DNA from: Acinetobacter phage 133
DNA length: 64,000 nt
Sequence record: HM114315.1
Strand: one strand, 5' to 3'
Positions 26,075-38,798 of this stretch are shown here, one piece after another (the stretch's first letter is position 1; every line of letters starts with the position of its first letter). Position numbers and translations under genes: made by a program. The notes beneath the pieces were generated by a model. It saw nothing but the letters and a program-made list of their open reading frames with translations. It did no database searches and was not told the DNA's origin.

Positions 26075-26995
26075 ATGCGCAATTCAAATATTAAAACCGC
26101 ACACCAATTAAAAGACGACATTTTAGAACGCCTCGGTGCCCCAATTATTAACATCGAAGTAACAGAAAGTCAAATATTTCAATGTATACAACGAGCTCTT
26201 GAACTATATGGGGAGTATCACTATAACGGGGTTAACAAGTCATATATGGCTTTCCATGTAGACAGTGATGAAACATTTAAACATGGTGTGTTTGACCTAA
26301 GCAATGATAATGTGTTCGCTGTTACAAGTATTGTTCAAAAAACAGCCGGTACTTTGCTGACCATGGATGGTCATGGCGTTTATACGTGGTTTAGTGATTT
26401 TATACTAGGGTTGACCAAATTAAATGGCGGGTGCGGCAAGGGATTCGGTCCAAACGCATTTGGGGCAGATTTAGGATATTTCACTATGCTAGATCAACAA
26501 TGGTCAATGCTTCGTAAGATGTTCAACCCAATTCCTGACTATGCATACAACGATTCAACTGGTCAACTTAAGATTATGGGCAACTTTAAAAAAGGTGACA
26601 CTATCATTGTTGAAGTTTATGTGAAATCTTTTGTTGATACACATGCCTCCATTGGTGCATATGCCGGGTATGGATTTGCCGGATCCCAAGATGCAAACTC
26701 ATGGGGAGTTGGTGACATTTATCAAAACCCAGATCGTCAATTAGCTGGATATCGCGCAGGTATGGATAGTTCATTAGGTCAAGGAGCATTCAATAACCGT
26801 TGGGTTAAAGATTATGCTACAGTTCTAGTAAAGGAAGTTAATGGTCAAGTCCTAGCTAAGCACCAAGGAATGCAGTTGCCTGGCGGTGTTACGGTAGATG
26901 GTCTACGGCTACTCGAGGAAGTTAGAATTGAAAAAGAAGCCCTTCGGGAAGAACTGCTATTACTCGATCCTCCTTGCCCAATTTTAATAGGATAA
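26075..26995 (+). CDS. 13: gp13 neck protein
   Basis: 306 aa versus 309 in T4. Correct position. Confidence 0.75.
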   Translation: MRNSNIKTAHQLKDDILERLGAPIINIEVTESQIFQCIQRALELYGEYHYNGVNKSYMAFHVDSDETFKHGVFDLSNDNVFAVTSIVQKTAGTLLTMDGHGVYTWFSDFILGLTKLNGGCGKGFGPNAFGADLGYFTMLDQQWSMLRKMFNPIPDYAYNDSTGQLKIMGNFKKGDTIIVEVYVKSFVDTHASIGAYAGYGFAGSQDANSWGVGDIYQNPDRQLAGYRAGMDSSLGQGAFNNRWVKDYATVLVKEVNGQVLAKHQGMQLPGGVTVDGLRLLEEVRIEKEALREELLLLDPPCPILIG

Positions 26996-26998
26996 CTC

Positions 26999-27754
26999 AT
27001 GTTAGATTCAACGCTATTCGCAAAGCTTGGGAACGGTACGGGATATGATAACACGAATGTGGCCAATATTCTTAATCCGTACGTGAATTTTCATAATCAC
27101 GCAAATACCCAAAGCCTGGCCGATACATTAGTTGCTGAATCCATTCAAATGCGCGGGGTTGAGTGCTATTACTTGCCCCGCGAGTTTGTTGATTTAGATC
27201 TAGTATTCGGAGAGGACCCATCTTCTAAGTTCACTAAAGCATGGAAATTTGCTGCCTATTTGGAATCATTTGAAGGATACGAAGGGGCTAACACATTCTT
27301 CTCTAAGTATGGTATGTCCGTTCAAGATGAAATCAATATCAGCATTAATCCTGGATTGTTTAAACATCAAACCAATGGGACAGAGCCTAAAGAAGGCGAT
27401 TTAATTTATTTTAAAATGGATAACTCTTTATTTGAAATAAAGTGGGTTGAACCATATAACCCGTTTTATCAAGTTGGACGTAATGCAATACGCAAAATCA
27501 ATGCCGCTAAGTTTGTTTATTCAGGTGAAGAAATTCAGCCAGATTTACAGCGTAATGAAGGCATTTATATTGATGATCATGCGGACTTGGATCTTGAACC
27601 ACTTAAGAATCTCGATGGTATGTTTGACATTTTAGATAAACCGTTCGAAGAAGTTAAAACTATAAATACAGAGGCGAAGGCCTATGTTGAACCATACGTA
27701 GTGCAAAACAATAGAGGCGAAGGGCAAACTAGTCCATTCGATGATGATTTTTAA
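26999..27754 (+). CDS. 14: gp14 neck protein
   Basis: 251 aa versus 256 in T4. Confidence 0.75.
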   Translation: MLDSTLFAKLGNGTGYDNTNVANILNPYVNFHNHANTQSLADTLVAESIQMRGVECYYLPREFVDLDLVFGEDPSSKFTKAWKFAAYLESFEGYEGANTFFSKYGMSVQDEINISINPGLFKHQTNGTEPKEGDLIYFKMDNSLFEIKWVEPYNPFYQVGRNAIRKINAAKFVYSGEEIQPDLQRNEGIYIDDHADLDLEPLKNLDGMFDILDKPFEEVKTINTEAKAYVEPYVVQNNRGEGQTSPFDDDF

Positions 27755-27763
27755 GGAATAATT

Positions 27764-28590
27764 ATGCACGGCAATTTTTATAATTCGTCTTTCAGGCGAT
27801 ACATTGTCCTCATGGGTGATCTGTTCTCACGAATAGAAGTAGAACGCCGTCGAGGCGATAAAACCCATTGGCAGCGTGTCCCAGTGACATATGCATCAAA
27901 AGAGCACTTTGTGGCTAAACTGGAAAGCAAATTTAGCATCAATACTGAGAATGGCGACGTTCCTAAAATTGATACGATCTTGCCGCGCATGAATTTGCAC
28001 ATGGTCGATGTTACGTACAATGCTCAAAAGAAAACAGGGATGCTTAATCGTAAAATTGTACAGAACCAGCATAAGCCGGGTGAGTTGGTATCCCAGTATA
28101 ATCCAGTGCCGGTTAAGATGATTTTTGAACTGGGAATTTATACTCGCCATCAGAATGATATGTTCCAAATTGTAGAGCAGATCATTCCGTATTTTCAGCC
28201 TCACTTTACAACAACAATTAAAGAATTCAATGGTCATGACCTTGTTATTGACCGAGATATCAATATTACCTGGCAGTCTATCGCAGTGGATGAAGATCTA
28301 CAAGGCGACAAGCAATCGGTGCGCCGCCTGGAATGGTCAATGATGTTTGAAGTGGATGGATGGATTTACCCACCCGTTGCCGAAATTCGGGGTGAGATTC
28401 GCACAATTTATTTGGACTTTTTCTCAGGAGAACGCGAGTTCACCGATAAAGCTGAATTTGAATCTGTTGATTTCCAAGTTGACCCAGCTGATATAAGTAT
28501 TGATGAATGGGATAAATTAGGCCGACCCCATGTTGAATCTGAAACCTCTAATACACCAATACCCGTGGAGCCAATACCACCAGGAGTGCG

Positions 28591-28594
<4 letters not shown>
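27764..28594 (+). CDS. 15: gp15 tail sheath terminator / tail completion
   Basis: 276 aa versus 272 in T4. Confidence 0.75.
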
Positions 28595-30898
<2,304 letters not shown>

Positions 30899-30923
30899 TT
30901 AAAATAACACCGTCGAGGTAAAT

Positions 30924-32906
30924 ATGACACTACTTTCTCCGGGTATTGAATTAAAAGAGAATTCAACCCAAAGTACCATTGTACAGAACGCAACTGGGCG
31001 TGCGGCAATGGTAGGTAAATTCCAATGGGGCCCAGCGTTTAAACAGATTCAAATCACGAATGAAGTGGAATTGACTGAGGCGCTTGGTTATCCAGATGTA
31101 CAAACTGCCGACTACTTCATGAGCGCAGCCAACTTCCTGAATTACGGTAATGATTTACGCGTAGTTCGTGCTGTTAATGTTGAAACTGCTCGCAACAGTT
31201 CTCCTTTGGTAACGAACATCAACTGGACTATCACAGCAGGCGGTTCTAACTATGCAGTGGGTGACACCATTAAAGTTAAGTACATGCAAACTACTGTTGA
31301 AGATCAAGGTAAAGTTACTGAAGTGGACACTGATGGCCGTATTGTATCGATCTTCATTCCATCTGGCAAAATTGTTGATTACGCTCGTTCTATTGGCCAA
31401 TATCCACAACTCAGCGATTCATGGGTAGTTGAAATTGAATCTGTTTCATCAGGTATTTCAGGTGCAGTTTCTGTAACTGATATTATCACTGATTCTGGTA
31501 TCGTGCTGACATCTACTGACAAAGCAGCAATGGAAATTCAAAAACAAACTTTCCAGGATAAGCTTAAAAAATACCACATGCCTGCTATTGCGGCCGCTTA
31601 TCCAGGTGAACTTGGGGATCAAATTGAAATTGAAATTGTGTCAAAGAAACATTATGACACATCGATGACAGTTCCATTGAACATCTATCCAGCCGGTGGT
31701 ACTCGCTTAGCAACTACAAAAGCAGTGTTTGGATATGGCCCACAGACTGAAAACCAGTATGCATTCATTGTACGCCGTAATGGTGCAATCGTAGAACAGT
31801 ATATCTTGTCTACGTCACGTGAAGAACGTGATATGTACGGAAGTAACATTTTCATTAATGATTATTTCCAACGTGGTGCAAGCCGTTACATCTTCGCTTC
31901 TGCGCTTAATTGGCCAGCGGGTTTCTCTGGTATTATCCGTTTAGGCGGTGGTACTTCTGCTAATGCTTCGGTGACAACTGGAGACCTTATGCAGGCATGG
32001 GATAAGTTTGCTGATCGTGAATCATTGTATGTAAACTTGATGATTGCTGGTGCCGTGGCCGGTGAATCTGTTGAGACAGCTACTACTGTACAGAAGTATG
32101 CTTCATCAATCGGTGAAATCCGCAAGGATTGTTTGGTCCTCATCTCTCCACCACGCGAAACTGTAGTGGGTCTTGATACAACAGTAGCAGTTGATAATAT
32201 AATTGACTGGCGGACCGCACAGGGCTCGTACGAGCTCAATAACATGAACATCAGTAGCACATACTCATTCATCGACGGTAACTATAAGTACCAATATGAT
32301 AAGTATAACGATGTTAATCGTTGGGTACCACTTGCAGCAGACATTGCTGGTCTTTGTGCGCGCACTGACACTGTGGCAAATCCATGGATGTCTCCAGCCG
32401 GTTATAACCGAGGCCAGATTCTTAACTGTATTGGTCTTGCGCTTGAAACTCGAGAAGCTCAACGTGACCGCATGTATCAAGAATCCATCAACCCGGTGGT
32501 TGGCTCAGACGGTGAAGGATATGTTTTGTTAGGCGATAAGACCGCTACAAAAGTACCAACTCCATTTGACCGAGTAAACGTACGTCGTTTATTCAATATG
32601 TTGAAAAAGAATATTGGATCAAATGCGAAGTACAAATTGTTTGAAATAAACAGTGCATTCACTCGTAATTCATTCACTATGGAGACAACTCAATATCTTG
32701 ATGGTATTGAGGCACTCGGGGGTATGTATGATTCATTCGTGATCTGTGACGAAACTAACAACACTCCGTCAGTCATTGACCGCAACGAGTTTGTTGGAAC
32801 AATGATGATCAAACCTGCTCGTAGTATTAACTTTATTACGTTAAATTTCGTAGCAACTTCAACTGGCGCGGATTTCCAAGAGTTAGTTGGCGGCGCATTA
32901 GTATAA
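30924..32906 (+). CDS. 18: gp18 tail sheath
   Basis: 660 aa versus 659 in T4. Confidence 0.85.
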   Translation: MTLLSPGIELKENSTQSTIVQNATGRAAMVGKFQWGPAFKQIQITNEVELTEALGYPDVQTADYFMSAANFLNYGNDLRVVRAVNVETARNSSPLVTNINWTITAGGSNYAVGDTIKVKYMQTTVEDQGKVTEVDTDGRIVSIFIPSGKIVDYARSIGQYPQLSDSWVVEIESVSSGISGAVSVTDIITDSGIVLTSTDKAAMEIQKQTFQDKLKKYHMPAIAAAYPGELGDQIEIEIVSKKHYDTSMTVPLNIYPAGGTRLATTKAVFGYGPQTENQYAFIVRRNGAIVEQYILSTSREERDMYGSNIFINDYFQRGASRYIFASALNWPAGFSGIIRLGGGTSANASVTTGDLMQAWDKFADRESLYVNLMIAGAVAGESVETATTVQKYASSIGEIRKDCLVLISPPRETVVGLDTTVAVDNIIDWRTAQGSYELNNMNISSTYSFIDGNYKYQYDKYNDVNRWVPLAADIAGLCARTDTVANPWMSPAGYNRGQILNCIGLALETREAQRDRMYQESINPVVGSDGEGYVLLGDKTATKVPTPFDRVNVRRLFNMLKKNIGSNAKYKLFEINSAFTRNSFTMETTQYLDGIEALGGMYDSFVICDETNNTPSVIDRNEFVGTMMIKPARSINFITLNFVATSTGADFQELVGGALV

Positions 32907-32937
32907 TTAAATGGGGCTTCGGCCCCGAAGAGGATTT

Positions 32938-33432
32938 ATGGCTGATTTAACCGATATCACACGGGGCTTTGAGTCTGGCGATTTCGCACGTTCTAACTTG
33001 TTCATGGTTGAAATCCCGTACTTAGGCGAAAACTTTACATTTAAGTGTAAAGCCGCGCCATTACCACCTGCCCAGGTGGACAAAATTCCAGTAAGTTTCT
33101 TAAACCGAAAATATAATGTTGCGGGTGACCGTACATTTGATGACTGGACAGTTACCATTTATGGTGATGACAAACACGTAACGCGTCAAGCAATTTTAGA
33201 TTGGCAATCGCTTGCTCATGGTCAAGGAAACGAGATCACTGGTGCGGCACCAGCTGATTATAAAAAGACCGCAGTTATTCGTCAATATGCTCGTAATGGT
33301 AAAACAATTACAAAAGAGCATACGATCTATGGTCTATGGCCAACTCTGGTTGGCGAAGTTGCAATGGACTGGGATACAAACAACGAAGTTCAGACCTTCG
33401 AGACCACATTCTGTTACGACTGGTGGTTATAA
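32938..33432 (+). CDS. 19: gp19 tail tube
   Basis: Start adjusted to MADLTDITRGFESGDFARSNLF, matching the T4 gp19 N-terminus. 164 aa. Confidence 0.85.
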   Translation: MADLTDITRGFESGDFARSNLFMVEIPYLGENFTFKCKAAPLPPAQVDKIPVSFLNRKYNVAGDRTFDDWTVTIYGDDKHVTRQAILDWQSLAHGQGNEITGAAPADYKKTAVIRQYARNGKTITKEHTIYGLWPTLVGEVAMDWDTNNEVQTFETTFCYDWWL

Positions 33433-33439
33433 AAGGACC

Positions 33440-33473
33440 GCACTCATCTACATAAATAAAAGTAGATGAGTGC
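33440..33473 (+). terminator. 12-bp perfect hairpin between gp19 and gp20, with a late-promoter-like CATAAATA in its loop
   Basis: Stem gcactcatctac / gtagatgagtgc, loop ataaataaaa, followed by attttgg and the gp20 ribosome-binding site. Confidence 0.45.
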
Positions 33474-33487
33474 ATTTTGGAGGAAAT

Positions 33488-35041
33488 ATGAATTTTCCAG
33501 ATTTAAATTCTTTAAAATTTTGGAAACGTGAAGACGAGCGTATATTCAAACAAGAAATGTCCGATAAAATTGAATCGGTCGCTCCACCTGATCGGGATGA
33601 TGGCGCAACAGAAATTGAAGTGTCTGCCCACGGTGGTATGCAACAATCGTTATTATCCTCACAAGAAATTCAGGCACGAAACACAAAAGATTTAATCAAT
33701 CAATACCGTGGATTATTGTCTAACTATGAAGTGGACAATGCTGTACAAGAAATTGTTAACGACGCGATTGTTTATGAAGACCATCATGACGTGGTTCGGC
33801 TAATTTTAGATGACACTGATTTTTCAGAGTCAACTAGAACTCGAATTACAGAAGAATTTGATGTCGTATTAAACACCTTGTCATTTCAACGTAAAGGTGC
33901 CGAACATTTTAAACGATGGTACGTTGATTCTCGAATTTATTTTCATAAAATTATTAACCCTGATAAGCCCAAAGAAGGCATTATCGAAATGCGACGTTTG
34001 GACCCACGCCGAACTCAGTTCATACGTGAACTAATGGTAGATGATTCCCAAGGGGTTCGTGTTGTCAAAGGGTATCGAGATTATTTTTTATATCAAACTG
34101 GCAGCGAAACATATAACGCAGGTGGCTTTTATTATGGGCCAGGTTCATTGGTAAAAATCCCAGCTTCTGCTGTTACATATGCACACTCTGGCTTGCAAGA
34201 CGGATGTGGTGATAATATTGTGGGTTATCTACATCGTGCTGTAAAGCCGGCTAACCAACTGAAACTGATGGAAGACGCTTTAGTCATTTATCGTATCACC
34301 CGTGCTCCAGACCGTCGAGTTTTTTATATTGACACTGGTCAAATGGCATCGCGTAAAGCAACTCAGTTCATGACATCAATTATGAACTCGATGAAAAATC
34401 GAGTTACTTATGATGTTGCCACAGGCCAAGTTAAAAACAAACAAAATAATATTACTTTAACTGAAGATATTTGGTTACAACGTCGCGATGGTAAAAATGT
34501 TACTGAAGTTGATACTCTTCCTTCATTATCAGGAATGTCTGATATGGATGATGTGCGTTATTTCAGAAAGGCTTTTTACATGGCACTCCGTGTACCGTTA
34601 TCACGCATCCCAGATGAACAAAATGGTGGGGTGTTAGTTGACAACGGCAGTCAAGTTACTCGTGATGAGCTCGGATTTAGTAAATTTATTCGTACATTGC
34701 AACATAACTTTGGTCCAGTCTTACTTGATCCATTGCGAGCGAATCTTTTGCTTAAGGGTCTTGTTAGTGAAGAAGAGTGGGACCGTAACATAAATAATAT
34801 TAAGTTAAACTTCCACCGTGACTCGTATTTTACCGAGATGAAAGAGCTTGAAATTGCAGAACGTCGTGCCGCAATTGTTGACCAATTAGTGCCGATTACA
34901 GGCAAATATTATTCTAATGAACGAATTATGAAAGAGTATCTTCATATGAGTGAAGAGGATATTAAACAAGAGCGCGAGCTGATCAAGGCGGAAATGAAAG
35001 ACCCAATCTATAAAGAAGAGGATGACGACCAAAATGAATAG
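33488..35041 (+). CDS. 20: gp20 portal vertex protein
   Basis: Start corrected to MNFPDLNSLKF, which has a GGAGG ribosome-binding site. Extensive identity with recalled T4 gp20, for example HRAVKPANQLKL and VIYRITRAPDRRV. Confidence 0.9.
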   Translation: MNFPDLNSLKFWKREDERIFKQEMSDKIESVAPPDRDDGATEIEVSAHGGMQQSLLSSQEIQARNTKDLINQYRGLLSNYEVDNAVQEIVNDAIVYEDHHDVVRLILDDTDFSESTRTRITEEFDVVLNTLSFQRKGAEHFKRWYVDSRIYFHKIINPDKPKEGIIEMRRLDPRRTQFIRELMVDDSQGVRVVKGYRDYFLYQTGSETYNAGGFYYGPGSLVKIPASAVTYAHSGLQDGCGDNIVGYLHRAVKPANQLKLMEDALVIYRITRAPDRRVFYIDTGQMASRKATQFMTSIMNSMKNRVTYDVATGQVKNKQNNITLTEDIWLQRRDGKNVTEVDTLPSLSGMSDMDDVRYFRKAFYMALRVPLSRIPDEQNGGVLVDNGSQVTRDELGFSKFIRTLQHNFGPVLLDPLRANLLLKGLVSEEEWDRNINNIKLNFHRDSYFTEMKELEIAERRAAIVDQLVPITGKYYSNERIMKEYLHMSEEDIKQERELIKAEMKDPIYKEEDDDQNE

Positions 35042-35264
35042 CTTATTGGAAGCAATTAAAAATAACGATCTTATCAAAGCACAACGAGCTTTCGCAGAAG
35101 GTATGAAAAGCCATGTTGCTGAGATTCTAGAGCGTGAAAAGACTCGTATTGGCGCAAATATTTTCATTGAAGGAGAAGAAAAAACGGATCCTGATGACGA
35201 TGAAGATGACGAAGACGATGATGAAGACGATGACAAACCTGGTAAAGGTAAGGACGAAGACTAA
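35034..35264 (+). CDS. 67: gp67 prohead core protein
   Basis: LLEAIKNNDL matches the T4 gp67 N-terminus. Poly-Asp/Glu C-terminus. Confidence 0.7.
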   Translation: MNSLLEAIKNNDLIKAQRAFAEGMKSHVAEILEREKTRIGANIFIEGEEKTDPDDDEDDEDDDEDDDKPGKGKDED

Positions 35265-35687
35265 ATGCAAACATTCATCTTAGACGAACTATTAGAATCG
35301 CATGAATATCATTCTAAATTAGCATTGGCTAAGACGCATTACAATTCACTTTCTGAATCGCTAACTGGTCCTGAAATAATGGCCGTTGCAATCAAAATGA
35401 TCCCAGACGATCCAGCTTTGGCTGTTGCATTGGGATCACTTGCTGAAAACACGCAACTTGATGAATTTATTGTTCGTCAAGTTTCTAGCAAGGGTGAAGT
35501 GAAACGGTTGAAAGACCGTGATACTCGCAAGCGTCTTGCCACACAAACTACAGGCTTATCAAAAGCTCGTCGCCGTGAAATTTCACGTAAAGCGGTACGC
35601 ACCAAAAAATCTCAACCATCAAAAGTGGCTCGAGCGGTGCGCACACGTAAAAAGGCGATGAAACGTCGTATTGCACTAGGATATTGA
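35265..35687 (+). CDS. 68: gp68 prohead core protein
   Basis: 140 aa versus 141 in T4. Basic C-terminus. Confidence 0.65.
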   Translation: MQTFILDELLESHEYHSKLALAKTHYNSLSESLTGPEIMAVAIKMIPDDPALAVALGSLAENTQLDEFIVRQVSSKGEVKRLKDRDTRKRLATQTTGLSKARRREISRKAVRTKKSQPSKVARAVRTRKKAMKRRIALGY

Positions 35688-35688
35688 T

Positions 35689-36327
35689 ATGGAACTACTC
35701 ATTGAACAATGGGGACAGCCAGGCGGTACTGACATCAAAACATCTCATATTCTTGAGGAATCTACTGAAGGAAAACCTGGATTATATATTGAGGGCATTT
35801 TCCTTCAGGCTGATGTTGTCAACCGTAATAAACGTCTGTATCCAAAATCAGTTTTAGAACCTGCTGTAGCCAAGTACATAAAAGAACAAGTTAATTCACA
35901 TCAGGCCCTTGGAGAACTAAACCATCCTCCTCGAGCAAATGTGGATCCAAATTTAGCTGCTATCATTATTGAAGATATGTGGTGGGAAGGTTCTAATGTA
36001 ATGGGCCGCGCTAGGGTAATTGAAGGCGATAATGGGCCAGGTGATAAACTCGCGGCAAACATTAAAGCTGGATGGGTACCAGGCGTGTCAAGTCGTGGAC
36101 TAGGATCTGTAACAAAATCTACCCGTGGTCACAATGTCGTTAACGAAGGTTTTAAGCTAACAGTTGGCGTAGATGTGGTATGGGGTCCTTCTGCACCTGA
36201 TGCCTGGGTTAAACCTCGTATTGTAGAAGCTACAGAAGAAAAACAGGAGCCGGCTATTATACCAAAGAATGATAATGCATTCAAAAAATTGGTAGAAAAC
36301 TTGCGCATAAATAATATTGAAGATTAA
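35689..36327 (+). CDS. 21: gp21 prohead core protease
   Basis: 212 aa, the same length as in T4. Correct position. Confidence 0.8.
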   Translation: MELLIEQWGQPGGTDIKTSHILEESTEGKPGLYIEGIFLQADVVNRNKRLYPKSVLEPAVAKYIKEQVNSHQALGELNHPPRANVDPNLAAIIIEDMWWEGSNVMGRARVIEGDNGPGDKLAANIKAGWVPGVSSRGLGSVTKSTRGHNVVNEGFKLTVGVDVVWGPSAPDAWVKPRIVEATEEKQEPAIIPKNDNAFKKLVENLRINNIED

Positions 36328-36342
36328 AAAACAAGGTGTCAA

Positions 36343-37176
36343 ATGTTAAAAGATCAACTCATGCAAGAGGCTCAAAAAATTGAAGCTTCGGTAGAATTGG
36401 ACAACATTTTTGAGGGTGTTGAATTATCACCTGAAGTTCGTAGTCAGTTTGCAACTGTATTCGAAAGTGTTGTTAAAAAACACGCAGTAGCCCTAGCTGA
36501 AACACATATTGAAGCAATGGCTAACCTAGCAGAATCAAAAGTAGAAGAACTCGTTGAGTCTCGTATTGAAGGTGTTGAAGCAAGTCTTGTACAGACAGCG
36601 GAACGTTTCTGTGCGCATCTGGCAGAAAGCTGGCTTAAGGACAATCAAGTTGCAATTGACCGCGGCATCAAAGCTGATTTATATGAATCAATGGTAATGA
36701 GCCTTAAAGATGTATTTGTTGAGCATAATGTTGTTGTTCCAGAAGAATCAGTGGATGTTGTTGCTGAAATGGAAGAAGAACTTGCTGAGCATGCAATTAC
36801 AGCAGACAAACTTTTAAAAGAAAAAGAACAAGCTGTTACTGAACTCAACACATTGAAGCGTGATACTGCGTTGAATGAAGCTACGTCTGGTCTTACTTTG
36901 ACCCAAAAAGAAAAAGTATCCGAGCTTGTTGAAGGCGTTGAATTCTCTGACCAGTTCCTAGATAAAGTAAGTGCGATTGTTGGAATGGTAAAAAATTCTA
37001 AACTTAATGAAGCTGCTCCCGCAACTGAAAATACTCTTACGGAAGGCACGCTAAATAATAGTGACGCTGCAGCATTGAACTTCCAAGTCGAAGACGTTAC
37101 TACTGCACAAACTCCAATTTCTGAAAATGATGCTCGTATGAATCAATACGTACGTGCTACTAAAAATATTAAATAA
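36343..37176 (+). CDS. 22: gp22 prohead core scaffold
   Basis: 277 aa, acidic and alpha-helical. Correct position. Confidence 0.7.
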   Translation: MLKDQLMQEAQKIEASVELDNIFEGVELSPEVRSQFATVFESVVKKHAVALAETHIEAMANLAESKVEELVESRIEGVEASLVQTAERFCAHLAESWLKDNQVAIDRGIKADLYESMVMSLKDVFVEHNVVVPEESVDVVAEMEEELAEHAITADKLLKEKEQAVTELNTLKRDTALNEATSGLTLTQKEKVSELVEGVEFSDQFLDKVSAIVGMVKNSKLNEAAPATENTLTEGTLNNSDAAALNFQVEDVTTAQTPISENDARMNQYVRATKNIK

Positions 37177-37188
37177 GGACACCTTAAC

Positions 37189-38754
37189 ATGACTATTAAA
37201 ACCAAAGCACAACTTGTGAAAGACTGGTCTAAACTTCTTGAAGCTGAAGGCGCACCGGAAATCATCGAAGGCAAAGAAGCCATTATGGCGAAGATCTTCG
37301 AAAACCAAGAAAAAGACACAAAATCAGATCCAATCTATCGTGACAAAGATATGATTGAATCGTTTGGCAGTTTCTTGGCAGAAGCGGAAATCGCTGGTGA
37401 TCATGGTTATAACCCAACGAATATTGCATCGGGTCAAGCATCTGGCGCGATCACGAACATCGGTCCATCAGTAATGGGTATGGTACGTCGTACAGTTCCT
37501 AACATGATGGCATTGGACGTATGTGGTACTCAGCCTTTGTCACAATCAAGCGGTCAATACTTTGCTCTTCGCGCAGTGTATAACAAAAACCCTCTTGCGG
37601 CTGGTGCTAAAGAAGCATTCCACCCAATGTATGCCCCTGACGCTATGTATTCAGGCCAAGGCGCTGCTCAAGCATTCACAGTAGTTGCTGCTGGTGCTAC
37701 TCTTGCAATCGGTGATATCCATCGTCATGAGTTTGTTGAAACTGGTACTGCGTTTATCCAAGCGACTGCTGCGATCACTATTGATGCTGCTGCGACAACT
37801 CCAGAATTGTTGGATGCTGAAATTCTTAAGCGTATGGAAGCGGGTGAAGTTGTTGAAATCGCTGAAGGTATGGCAACGTCGGTAGCCGAATTGCAAGAAA
37901 ACTATAATGGTTCAAGCAATAACCCATGGAATGAAATGTCGTTCCGTATTGACAAACAAACTGTTGAAGCCAAAGCTCGTCAATTGAAAGCATCATACTC
38001 AATTGAAGTTGCACAAGACCTTCGCGCAGTGCACGGTATGGACGCTGACTCAGAACTTGCTGGTATCCTTGCAACTGAAATCACTCTTGAAGTAAACCGT
38101 GAAATCGTTGACTGGATCAACTATTCTGCACAAGTTGGTAAAACTGGATTCACTCGTACTGAAGGTACAAAAGCAGGTATCTTTGACTTTGCAGACCCAA
38201 TCGATGTGAAAGGTGCTCGTTGGCAAGGTGAAGCTTTCAAAGCTTTCTTATTCCAAATCGATAAAGAAGCCGTTGAAGTTGGTCGTCAGACTGGCCGTGG
38301 TGCTGCAAACTTCATCATCGCATCGCGTAACGTTGTCAATGCTCTTGCTTCTGTAGACACTGGTGTAACTCCTGCTGCAGCTGGTATGGGTCGTAACTTC
38401 AACGTAGACACTGCGAAATCAGTATTTGCTGGTGTGTTGGGCGGCCGCTATAAAGTGTATATCGATCTGTATTCTCGTCAAGACTACTTCACTGTAGGTT
38501 ACAAGGGTACAACTGAACTGGACGCTGGTATCTACTACTTGCCGTATGTTGCATTGACTCCAATGCGTGCTCAAGATCCTGAGTCTTTCCACCCGATCTT
38601 AGGCTTCAAGACTCGCTATGCAGTTGGTATCAACCCAATGGCGTACAGTCAAGAGCAAGCTCCTGGTGGCCGTATCACTAACGGTATGCCAACGATCGCG
38701 AACTCTGCTGGTAAAAACTCGTACTTCCGCCGTGTTTGGGTAAAAGGTCTATAA
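37189..38754 (+). CDS. 23: gp23 major capsid protein
   Basis: 521 aa, identical in length to T4 gp23. Correct position. Confidence 0.9.
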   Translation: MTIKTKAQLVKDWSKLLEAEGAPEIIEGKEAIMAKIFENQEKDTKSDPIYRDKDMIESFGSFLAEAEIAGDHGYNPTNIASGQASGAITNIGPSVMGMVRRTVPNMMALDVCGTQPLSQSSGQYFALRAVYNKNPLAAGAKEAFHPMYAPDAMYSGQGAAQAFTVVAAGATLAIGDIHRHEFVETGTAFIQATAAITIDAAATTPELLDAEILKRMEAGEVVEIAEGMATSVAELQENYNGSSNNPWNEMSFRIDKQTVEAKARQLKASYSIEVAQDLRAVHGMDADSELAGILATEITLEVNREIVDWINYSAQVGKTGFTRTEGTKAGIFDFADPIDVKGARWQGEAFKAFLFQIDKEAVEVGRQTGRGAANFIIASRNVVNALASVDTGVTPAAAGMGRNFNVDTAKSVFAGVLGGRYKVYIDLYSRQDYFTVGYKGTTELDAGIYYLPYVALTPMRAQDPESFHPILGFKTRYAVGINPMAYSQEQAPGGRITNGMPTIANSAGKNSYFRRVWVKGL

Positions 38755-38759
38755 GATCT

Positions 38760-38798
38760 AAAAAAATAAAGGGACTCAATTGAGTCCCTTTTTTATTT
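38760..38798. terminator. bidirectional intrinsic terminator
   Basis: aaaaaaataaagggactcaattgagtcccttttttattt. Confidence 0.6.

Noticed and set aside
34886-35236. 116-aa minus-strand ORF with a poly-Ser run
   Set aside because: It is antisense to gp20/gp67. The poly-Ser is simply the reverse complement of the (GAN)n poly-Asp/Glu tract of gp67. No ribosome-binding site.
35180-35262. Simple GAT/GAA/GAC repeat
   Set aside because: It encodes the acidic C-terminal tail of gp67 (the same feature exists in T4). Not a regulatory repeat or CRISPR-like element.
36444-37308. Several minus-strand ORFs (66, 134 and 85 aa) rich in Ser/Thr/Ala
   Set aside because: They are antisense to the scaffold gene gp22, an artefact of its GAA/GCT-rich codon usage.
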